Assembly (NCBI GenBank): GCA_963807635.1
Contig: CAWEDJ010000028.1
Coordinates: 32,001-96,000 of the forward strand
DNA length: 64,000 nucleotides
Direction: 5' to 3'
From: an uncultured cyanobacterium
GTDB lineage: Bacteria > Cyanobacteriota > Cyanobacteriia > Cyanobacteriales > Microcystaceae
Shown piece by piece: positions 55,803 to 64,000 of the stretch. A model generated the notes under the pieces. That model was not told the DNA's origin. It was given only the letters and a program-made list of their open reading frames with translations, and made no database searches. The translations under genes were made by a program, and so were the position numbers. Position 1 is the first letter of the stretch. Each line of letters begins with the position of its first letter.

Positions 55803-58164
55803 ATGGAACACAAGCGCGCGGTCAGCCCGCTTCTCGCGACCGTCATCCTGATAGCCATCACGATCATGGGCGGAGCCGCGGTCTACGCTGTCTTCTCGAA
55901 CCGCTCTGACGTAGCCGGAGACACCCATTCCATACAGGTTGAGAACGCCCAGCTAGTCGATCCGGCGACGGTCAACGTCACGGTGGATTCAGCACCCTCA
56001 GGCCTTACCGACGCGCTCGTCGTGGACGGCGTCACCTACACTGGCCCAGTGACTTTCACCTGGCAAGCGGACACTCAGCATTCGATCGATGCCCTGAGCC
56101 CGATGGGAGGATACACCTTCGTCTCCTGGAGCGACGGGAACGACCAGTCCCACACGATATGGACTAACAACGGCAATGCCAACTACACGGCGACATACGG
56201 GAATGCCAATGTGACGCTCGATACATCCCCGTCTGGCGAGTGGGTCCTGATCGTGGACAACGTGCAATACACGTCTCCTGTGACCTTCAACTGGATCATC
56301 GGAGACACCCACCACATAACAGCGGAGGGCTTCACTGGTTACGCGTTTGACTATTGGAGCGACAACAACACGGACGATCCTCGCAACTTCACGGTGACCG
56401 GAGATGTGACCCTCACTGCGGTGTACGCACAAGCCATATTGGTCGAGATAAGTTCCTACTCATACGATGCAAGGCTTGGCACTGGTGAAGACCAGACGCA
56501 GTTCACAATCGACAATCAGCCTCTTCTCGTGGATGGTGTTAGGACAAACTACGGGTCGTATTTCTACTGGAAGGTCGGAAGCACTCACACATTGCAGGCA
56601 CTGACGTGGTACGGATTCGGCTACAACTTCTCCTGTTGGTCTGGAATACCGACCTACTATTCGTCGATGAACACTTCGAGCCCCTCCATCACCTACACCG
56701 TTGCGGCTAACGATAGCCTCTGGACTTACTACAATATCCCAGCAGTGCGTTTCTGGGCAGACTACAGCGCCGATTGGAATTACATCGTCTCGACTTCAGG
56801 TCCGAACTTCACCATTGATGGTGCCGCCCAGTTGAATGGTGGTCTAATCTGGCTCGATGGAGGGAATCACACCTTCACATTCCCAACGACTTACGACTCC
56901 AACGGATGGACCTACTCTTTCATCGGGAACAACACCTTCTCAAACGGCGATCTCTCCAGTCCGAACAACACGTGGGGCGGATGGCCAACGAGCGTCGAGA
57001 GGATATATGGTGCCCTGTTTGCCGAGTTCTCTAACATATTCGTCGGCGGTCCGGTGCAGATTACTACTTCTTACATAACCAACGTCACTGTCTCCGGCGA
57101 TGTCACGACGGTGTTTGTGGATGTGCCAGACGACCTTTGGATTGGCACGACGAGCTTTGCTTACAACCCAGTAGTGATGCCACTCACTGTCTACACTTCA
57201 TATGTCAATTGGGGCGGCGATTTCAATGCGACGAACTCGGTGTCCATCAACGGCGTTCGGCGTAGCACGACGATCACGATTGGTATCAACCTCGACGGCG
57301 TGTCAGACCCGCAGGTGTCGTTGGTGGCGAACAAGACACTTGTCCTAGGTAACGCTACGCTGTACTTCTGGAATTGGTACGGCAACGACTACACTGGCGA
57401 TATTGGGAATGTCACTTACGTTCTGCATGCCGAGAGCATCTACAGCCTCGGGTATAATACCGAAGTATATGCGTTTTACGATACGGCTCCTCTTGTCAAG
57501 GTCTTCGTGAATGTGGACCCGACTTACATCACGGACAATCGGACTGGCTCAGCAGTGTCCGTTGATGGTTACTCTGGTTATGGCGTAGGCGGGCCATACT
57601 ACTGGTATGCAGGCTCGACTCACAACGTAACTGCAATATCCATTGGTTACAATGTGACTGCCACCCGTTGTTACATTGGCGACTCAAGAGTTCCTGGGAC
57701 CTTCAATCTCGCTTCAATCAGACCAGACACGATGGTATGTACCCCGACGTACAACGTCACGGAGGCGCTGCAATTCTCAAGTTGGTCAGACGGCGGCGCC
57801 ATCAGCCACACCGTCGTGGTTCCTTGGGTTGACAGCATCAACTACACCGCGTTCTACGCCAACTCTACAACACCTCCACCTCCGCCTTCGTCCAGCAAGC
57901 ATTGGATCCTGGTCTTGACGTTGAAGGACACCGGAAGCGTTCCAATCGTCGGCGTCTCGCTCTCCTTCAATGGCTCGATACTCCCCGCGACCTGGATGCC
58001 CAACCCAGCCACCACCTCGATAAGGCCTGGTTCCAGCTTCTCGACGGTATATACTTTCGACAGTTCCGGCATCTTACGCAGGTGGAACCTACGTCTTCTC
58101 CGTCGCGATCACCTATGCCGACGGCTCCACGTTCACGTACTTCATACAAATCGTAGCCGCATAG
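55803..58164 (+). CDS. Giant archaeal type IV pilin 2 (~786 aa) with internal repeat passenger (extra T at 58074/5)
   Basis: KRA|VSPLLATVILIAI. Frame-corrected end GIYAGGTYVFSVAITYADGSTFTYFIQIVAA* (TAG 58162-58164) aligns with the pilin 1 C-terminus. Confidence 0.82.
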
Positions 58165-58277
58165 CACCAACCGGCCGGATCGACGCCCCTTCTTTTGTCC
58201 CTGTTAAAAGTACCTTACCGCATGTCTGTCGGCACAAGATGAAGCACAGACGCGCGGTCAGCCCGCTTCTCGCGACC
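55815..58277 (+). repeat. 27-bp exact direct repeat in pilin 2 and pilin 3 signal-peptide coding, within a longer duplicated promoter/leader
   Basis: CGCGCGGTCAGCCCGCTTCTCGCGACC at 55815-55841 and 58251-58277; shared CTGTTAAAAGT...TCTGTCG...ACAAGATG upstream. Confidence 0.9.
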
Positions 58278-58671
58278 ATCATGCTGATAGCCATAACATT
58301 GGCTGGCAGCCTGCTGGTCTGGAACTTCTTCACGTCCATGGCGCAGACGCAGGGCGAGTCCGTCCAGGTTCAGCTGGTCGACGTGGCGCTGCTCCAGTCC
58401 GGCACAGGCACCACGGTCTTCTCGGTGACCGCCAAGGATACAGGAAGCACGCCCATAGCATCATTGGGCATCCTGCTGAACGGCGCGAGCGTGATGAACG
58501 ATACGGGGCCGGCCCTCCTCCCCGGACAATCGTGGTCCGCCCAGACCACTGCGATGCCATCGAACGTGACGGTGACGATAGGGGAAACATACATCGTGAC
58601 GGCGACCGCGACGACCTCGAGCGGGGGCAGCGCGACCACTTCTCAGAGCGTCCTGTGTCAAGGGGCACTGA
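58239..58671 (+). CDS. Archaeal type IV pilin 3 (~143 aa if GGGG 58662-58665 has an extra G, otherwise reads to 58754)
   Basis: Hidden inside the 983-aa track ORF: MKHRRA|VSPLLATIMLIAI, AKDTGSTPI, LLPGQS, GETYIV; own TATA box at 58204. Confidence 0.85.
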
Positions 58672-58754
58672 GCCGGCTTGGGGCACTTGTCCTGTGTGGC
58701 TACCGACGACCAAGCCCCTCATTGGTTAAAAGCCCTTTGACATGCATTTCCTGA

Positions 58755-60364
58755 ATGAAGGTGCCTCTTTTCGGCGGCCTCTCCGGGAGGAAGCCGCCAG
58801 ACGCCTCATCGTTGCAGTTCAGGATAGAGCAGCTGCCCGTTCAGTTCACGGGGACGGTCCTGGCCGAGTACGACGTCGGCCTCGACCACATCTACATAGT
58901 CGACGAGAACGGCAGCGGGAAGTACATAATCTCCGAGCCCTCTCTCACGGAGGACGAGCGGCGGACCTACTCGTTCATCATGAACGACCTCTACTCCTCC
59001 CTCCCCGGGTCCATGGAGATGGAGGCGGACCCCGTGCAGTACATCGAGAAGCACATCTGGGAGGTCTCGGAGAGGCTGGGCATCGTAGAGCAGGTCAAGG
59101 AGGCGTACCCCAGGTTCAAGTACTTCATCACGAGGGAGACGACGGGCTACAGGCAGATCGACGCGCTCATCAGCGACCCCGACGTGGAGGAGGTGTCCTG
59201 CGTGGGGCCGGGGAAGCCGGTCCAGGTCATACAGAGGGAGTTCACGAAATACGACTGGCTGGAGACGAACGTCGTCTTCGGCACCGAGGAGGCGCTCAGG
59301 AACTTCGTGCAGAAGCTGGCCATGAAGGCCGGCAAGAACGTCACGATAGCGATCCCGTTCACCGACGCGATCATGAAGGAAGGCCACAGGGTTGCCGTGA
59401 CCGTCGCAGGCGAGGTCACCCTCCCGGGCTCGACTTTCGCGATACGCAAGTTCCCCAAGGACCCCTACAGCATCGCCTCCATCCTGAAGTTCGGGTCCAT
59501 GTCGCCCCTGATGGCGGCGTACTACTGGCTTCTCATCGAGTACAGGCGGTTCACGCTGGTCATAGGGCCCATGTCATCCGGGAAAGACCTCCATGATCAA
59601 CGCGCTGGCGACGATGATCGCGCCGAACATGAAGATAGCGACCATCGAGGACACCCCCGAGCTCAACCTTGCTCATTCTCACTGGCAGAGGTTCAAGACG
59701 AGGAAGACGTACTCGATAACGGAGTCAAGGTTCGACGTGGACCTCAACGACCTGACGATCCTCTCGCTGCGGTATCGCCCGGACTACATCATAGTGGGCG
59801 AGGTCAGGGGGGCCGAGATCTCCGCCCTGGTGCAAGCTGCGAGTTTAGGCCACGGATGCATCTCATCCTTTCACGGCGACTCCCCCGAGGCAGCCCTCGT
59901 CAGGATGACGACGCCCCCAATGAACGTCCAGCTCGGCGGCCAGCTGCTCATCTCGTCCTTCCTGATGATGAACAGGGTCCGCGCCGCCGACGGCTCTGTG
60001 AAGAGGCGCGCCCTGGTCAGCAAGGAAACAGTGCCGGACGGCGACAGGCTGCGGCTGGCGGAGATCTTCAGCTGGGACGCGGGCAGAGATGCGTTCCTGC
60101 CGGATGACCCGGACGAAGTCGTCAGGAGGAGCCGCCAGCTGAAGAGCATAATGGGCCTTACGGGCTGGGACGAAGCGAAGCTTGCGGAGGAGCTGAGGAT
60201 AGAGGGCGAAGCTGCTCGGCGGCCTGGTGAGAGATGAAAAGCTGGGCTACAGGGACGTGGCGGAGGAGATCACGAAATTCTACCACGCGCGCTACGGGCT
60301 GGGGGCTGTCGCCCAGCCCGGACTGGCCGAGGGAGAGGGGATGAAACATGTCCCAGCAGGCTGA
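58755..60364 (+). CDS. Type II/IV secretion ATPase, FlaI/VirB11/TadA family (frameshifts ~59584 and ~60200)
   Basis: DPDVEEVSC, STFAIRKF, corrected Walker A GPMSSGKTSMINAL, TIEDTPEL, LRYRPDYIIVGEVRG, SSFHG; corrected tail RAKLL...YRDVAEEITKFY ends at TGA 60364. Confidence 0.9.
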
Positions 60365-62300
60365 GAGCAAGAAGAGGACCAGATTCAAGGTCGATGCCAG
60401 GCTCGTCTTCATAGCCCTTCTGGCATCCGTCGCCTTCTCATCGTACCTTGCGTACTCCACGTTCGTTACCGCTTCCGTCGCATATGGCAAGCTCTCGGCA
60501 GACCTGCTGCTGGGCTGCTGCATAGGGATCGGGGTGGGGGGCGTGGTGTACCTGGGCGACTACTGGGGGGAGACGTTCGAAGCGAACATACCCTTCATCA
60601 TGAGGGAGAGGCCCACGGTCGCGCGGATCAGGGAGAGCTACTCCACCAAGTTCATCTCGTCCCACAGGAGGCTCGCGGACGCCGCGCAGGGCGGCGCCAT
60701 CGGGCTCAGGAAGGACATAACGGAGGCGGGCATCGCCGCCAGCCCGTACGAGCTCGTCAGCAGGTCCATCTTCTTTGCCCTCGTGGCTGCCTTCATAGCG
60801 ATACCGGGGTCCATCGTCCTGACCGTGGTCCTCAGGAGCCCGCTGTTCCTGGGGATCGCCGTCGTCCCGGCCATCGTCCTCGCCTTTCCGAGGGTCCGCC
60901 TGAAGAGCCTGAGGGGTGACAGGAACAGGAGGCTTGAAGACGAGATGCCATTCTTCGTGACGTATGCCGCGATAATGCAGATGGTGGGCCTCTCCCTCTA
61001 CAACTCCTTCATGAACATCATAGGGAGGGGCGCGTTCAGGCAGATAGAGCAGGACGCGCTCCTGATCAAGCGCGACGCCATCTTCTTCGAAGAGGACCCC
61101 GTCAGCGCCCTGGAGGCGATCGGAAGGACCCATCCGAACGAGAAGATGAAGACCCTCCTGCTCGGGTATACGTCAGTGTGGCGCTCCGGGGGAGATATGA
61201 CCTCCTACCTGGAGGCCAAGGCCAGCGACTACCTCCACGACATGAGGTTCCGGTGGCAGAAGTACGCGAACTCCACTTCAGACATCGGCGAGATGATGGT
61301 CTCCCTCTTCTTCGTCCTGCCCATCCTCATCCTCACGGCGATGTTCGTCATGCCCTCGGCGATGGCCTCCATGATGAGCCTGCTGACGATAGTCGTCGTC
61401 CCGACCCTCATAACGGCGACGCTGATGGCCGTCTCGGCGGCGCAGCCGAAGACGGGGGACGAAATCTCGGGGAACTGGAAGGGGGCCGTAGTAGCCGGGG
61501 GGCTGGCCGGCCTGGTCACCCTCCCCCTCAACCAGCCGTGGATATCCCTGGCCGCCGGCGTGATAGGCGCGACCGCCCTCTACGGCCTGTCCGTTACGTT
61601 GCAGCTCAAGGAGATAAGGATGGTCGAGGGCGCCCTCCCCCAGTTCGTGAGGGACCTGACGGAATACATGAAGATGGGCTACGACATGCAGAAGGCGCTG
61701 GCGAAGATAGCCAAGGAGAACAGGTACAACAGGCTCTTCGACGCGTACGTCAGGGCCGTGGTCAGGCACCTGGACCTGGGGTTGAGCATGGGGGAGATCC
61801 GCATAAGGCTGAGGTCCTCGCTCGCCAACACCGTCTTCTTCCTCCTCTCCGAGGTCCTGGAATCGGGAGGGGGCTCCCCCGCGGCGCTGGAGGGCCTGAG
61901 CAACTTCATCAACGAAGTGAACAGGATCAAGAGCGAGACGAAGACGCTCATGCGCATGTACGACGTTCTGACGTACGCCACGCCCCTCGGCCTGGCCTTC
62001 GCGATGACCATCATGACGGTCCTGCTGACGTCCTTCTCTTCGACCCTGGGGTCGAGCGCCGCCGCGATGGGCGGCCTCTTTTCGGGGACCATATCCCCGG
62101 CGGCGGTGCAGATCTCCGACCTTTTGGTGGTGATCGCCTCCGCCGGCGTGGCCCTGATAGGGGGGAAGGCGATAGACTTCACGTCGAAGAGCACCCTGAG
62201 GGTGGCCGTCAACGTGGCCCTTGCGGCGGTTTCGATATCTCTCGTCACGACGTACGCCCAGGGCATGATAACGGGCCTGCTGGGGGCGTTTCACGTTTAG
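60348..62300 (+). CDS. T2SSF-family platform protein (TadC/FlaJ-like, two domains)
   Basis: LEDEMPFFVTY...SGGD and VEGALPQFVRDL...ESGG repeats with several TMs; GAGGGG SD-like sequence upstream. Confidence 0.88.
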   Translation: MSQQAESKKRTRFKVDARLVFIALLASVAFSSYLAYSTFVTASVAYGKLSADLLLGCCIGIGVGGVVYLGDYWGETFEANIPFIMRERPTVARIRESYSTKFISSHRRLADAAQGGAIGLRKDITEAGIAASPYELVSRSIFFALVAAFIAIPGSIVLTVVLRSPLFLGIAVVPAIVLAFPRVRLKSLRGDRNRRLEDEMPFFVTYAAIMQMVGLSLYNSFMNIIGRGAFRQIEQDALLIKRDAIFFEEDPVSALEAIGRTHPNEKMKTLLLGYTSVWRSGGDMTSYLEAKASDYLHDMRFRWQKYANSTSDIGEMMVSLFFVLPILILTAMFVMPSAMASMMSLLTIVVVPTLITATLMAVSAAQPKTGDEISGNWKGAVVAGGLAGLVTLPLNQPWISLAAGVIGATALYGLSVTLQLKEIRMVEGALPQFVRDLTEYMKMGYDMQKALAKIAKENRYNRLFDAYVRAVVRHLDLGLSMGEIRIRLRSSLANTVFFLLSEVLESGGGSPAALEGLSNFINEVNRIKSETKTLMRMYDVLTYATPLGLAFAMTIMTVLLTSFSSTLGSSAAAMGGLFSGTISPAAVQISDLLVVIASAGVALIGGKAIDFTSKSTLRVAVNVALAAVSISLVTTYAQGMITGLLGAFHV

Positions 62301-62340
62301 CCGCCTTAAAACCAGCCCGGACACATGCCGGCGACCAACG

Positions 62341-62808
62341 ATGCCACACCGCAGGGGCGCAAGCGAAGTGCTCGGCGCTCTCGTACTGCTGGCCATCGTG
62401 ATAGCGGCCTTCGGGTTCGTGGTCAGCACGTTCTACGCCAGGACGCAGGAACAGACGGCGAACATCATGGAAGAGTACGACAAGGGGACGATAAGGCAGG
62501 GGGAGCTCCTCACCCTCATATACCACTGGGAGCAGGTGAGTGCCAACCAGACGGTGATCAGGGTCGGGCTTTTCAACGCCGGGTTCTACAACGTATCCAT
62601 ACAGGATGTCTTCATTTCTGGGCAGCAGTCGAGCGACTGGGAGCTTACCGATGCCGACGGGAACCCGATGAGCGCGATCGCGCCACAACAGCTGGCGATC
62701 CTGACGGTAACGGTTCCCTATTCGGTCCCCGGGGCAGGGCCCGGAGGGAGCGGCTACGAGGTCTTCCTCTACGGGACCGACAACCTGGCCTATGTGTGGG
62801 AGCTGTGA
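62341..62808 (+). CDS. Archaeal minor pilin 4 (155 aa)
   Basis: RRG|ASEVLGALVLLAIV class III signal; FNAG.Y.V.I, IAPQQL; TATA box at 62306. Confidence 0.8.
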   Translation: MPHRRGASEVLGALVLLAIVIAAFGFVVSTFYARTQEQTANIMEEYDKGTIRQGELLTLIYHWEQVSANQTVIRVGLFNAGFYNVSIQDVFISGQQSSDWELTDADGNPMSAIAPQQLAILTVTVPYSVPGAGPGGSGYEVFLYGTDNLAYVWEL

Positions 62809-62897
62809 ACTACCCACGACCGAAGTCGTGGGCTTCCCGCTTCCTCGACTGAAACTTGCTTATCCGTCTGACAAGTAGAGGCTCTGTCTCAGCGCGG
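62805..62897 (-). mobile_element. Orphan IS200/IS605 (TnpB) right end / omegaRNA-like scaffold, no transposase or TnpB ORF
   Basis: Minus strand reads GAGACAGAGCCTCTAC...GCAAGTTTCAGTCGAGGAAGCGGGAAGCCCACGAC-TTCG-GTCGTGGG-TAGTTCAC: an 8-bp stem with cUUCGg loop and a TAGTTCAC end, as I recall for IS605 right ends. Confidence 0.75.
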
Positions 62898-63065
62898 ACC
62901 CGTTACAGAAGTGGATCCAGAAGGACTAGTCTACAAGGACTTGAACCAATAGATATCCGGGTGTTACTGATTTGCCTGCATAGAAGACTGTCAGGGAGAG
63001 GCGCCCATGCATTGGCCCCCAGCGAAAGCAAAGTATTATGAACATGACAAGTCACAGGTAGTTCA

Positions 63066-64000
63066 ATGCCCACGAACTCGTCTGCCGGTGCGGCCGGCGA
63101 GAATACCTTTAGTGCAAGGCTGGCGGCACTGCTTCGGCGACGGGGTTTCCCGGACGCCGATTTCGAACGTCTCTTTGAAGTGGTCGACTCGATTACGGCC
63201 AAGAAAGTGCAGCGGAAACCCGATGTGGTGTTCTCGAATGGTGGCGTCAACATCGTCAGTGCGAAGGAAGGGGAGCGCAGGGAGAGAGAGGCCATAGCTA
63301 CTGCGATTGGGTATCTACGTGATATGTCCGCATCGGTCAGGTTGGGAGAGGTCTTCGCTGTCACCTACCCCATCAAAAACAAGGATGAGAAATACCATCT
63401 TCACGTGCTTCCAACTCAGGGTCACCAGGAGGTCTCTCTGGTCCTGGAGAACATGGATGAGGTGTGCAGCGCGATGCTGGAGGCAGTTCAAGGGAGAGTC
63501 GCAGAGATTGAAAGAAGGCAGGAACCTGTGCAAGATGAAGCGAGGCGTATACTACGATATGCGGCCTTCGACCTTTCTGAATCGCTGCGCGGCATTTCCG
63601 AATCAAGCCTTGAGGAGATTTTCGGTGGTCACCATTTCTTTCAGGCCGCATTGGCAACACTGTTGAAGCCAGATGAAAGGATAGAGGCGCTTCATCTAGG
63701 CCCTGCTTATCTCTTCATCGACCAGATACTTTTCTATGTGTTGCTGTCCCAGGCTGCGACTTCATCAGGAAAGCCTCACCTCTATCCGCGCATAGCCATC
63801 GGAGACCGGAATTCCCCCGTCTCGCTGAGTGAGAAATACTTCGATAGAGTGAGGAGCAAGGACTATGATCCGATATACGGACCGGATGTTGCGAGACTGT
63901 TCGAAGGTGCCAAAGTTGGCCAGCCTGTAGAAGAAATCGTGGATACCATAATGGAATTGGGACCAAAATTGGCGGTCCCTGACCTAGTCGGACAGATATT
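63066..64000 (+). CDS. Probable type IIG restriction-modification / N6 methyltransferase, N-terminal part (runs off window end)
   Basis: Not in ORF track. Open for 311 codons: MPTNSS...KPDVVF...IVSAK (nuclease-like), AYLFIDQILFYVLLS, YFDRVRSKDYDPIY, DLVGQI. MTase motifs would lie beyond the window. Confidence 0.65.
   Translation, partial: MPTNSSAGAAGENTFSARLAALLRRRGFPDADFERLFEVVDSITAKKVQRKPDVVFSNGGVNIVSAKEGERREREAIATAIGYLRDMSASVRLGEVFAVTYPIKNKDEKYHLHVLPTQGHQEVSLVLENMDEVCSAMLEAVQGRVAEIERRQEPVQDEARRILRYAAFDLSESLRGISESSLEEIFGGHHFFQAALATLLKPDERIEALHLGPAYLFIDQILFYVLLSQAATSSGKPHLYPRIAIGDRNSPVSLSEKYFDRVRSKDYDPIYGPDVARLFEGAKVGQPVEEIVDTIMELGPKLAVPDLVGQI

Noticed and set aside
55965..57899. Intein or DGR target as the explanation of the pilin insert
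   Set aside because: No Cys/Ser start with His-Asn end or LAGLIDADG motif, and no reverse transcriptase or TR/VR pair in the window.
55803..58754. 983-aa ORF as one protein with two pilin signal peptides
   Set aside because: An extra T at 58074 causes read-through. Pilin 3 has its own TATA box and ATG at 58239.
58330..62852. Many long overlapping or antisense ORFs (e.g. 61178-62401, 61278-62429, 58742-59596)
   Set aside because: Arg/Gly/Pro-rich shadow frames of GC-rich genes with no motifs.
62936..62950. Minus-strand GGTTCAAGTCC resembling a tRNA T-loop or att remnant
   Set aside because: Only 2 bp of stem pair and there is no cloverleaf or acceptor stem.

Overview
The window joins two unrelated DNAs. 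Bases 1 to ~55230 are AT-rich cyanobacterial chromosome, dense in HIP1 (GCGATCGC). They carry housekeeping genes (ychF, psbK, dxs, coaE, ugd, cruF/cruG, purH, rfbD, pdhB/pdhC, secD/secF, ubiD, secA), a small NucS-like nuclease + ParDE islet, a putative organic-nitrogen scavenging operon (desaturase-like, hydrolase, flavoprotein, GlnT, permease, Rieske oxygenase) and one complete ISNCY-type IS (17-bp TIRs, 9-bp TSD). secA breaks off mid-gene at ~55231. The rest is GC-rich archaeal DNA (TATA boxes, class III signal peptides, ATA/AGG codons) encoding a type IV pilus locus: three tandem pilins, an ATPase, a TadC/FlaJ platform protein and a minor pilin. One pilin is a ~786-aa protein whose globular domain appears split by a ~645-aa repeat passenger. 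An orphan IS200/IS605 (TnpB) right end / omegaRNA-like scaffold sits on the stop codon of the last pilin, and a probable restriction-modification ORF missed by the ORF track runs off the end. About 13 single-base frameshifts, some in housekeeping genes, are most likely sequencing errors. Family assignments come from motif recognition only; no searches were run.
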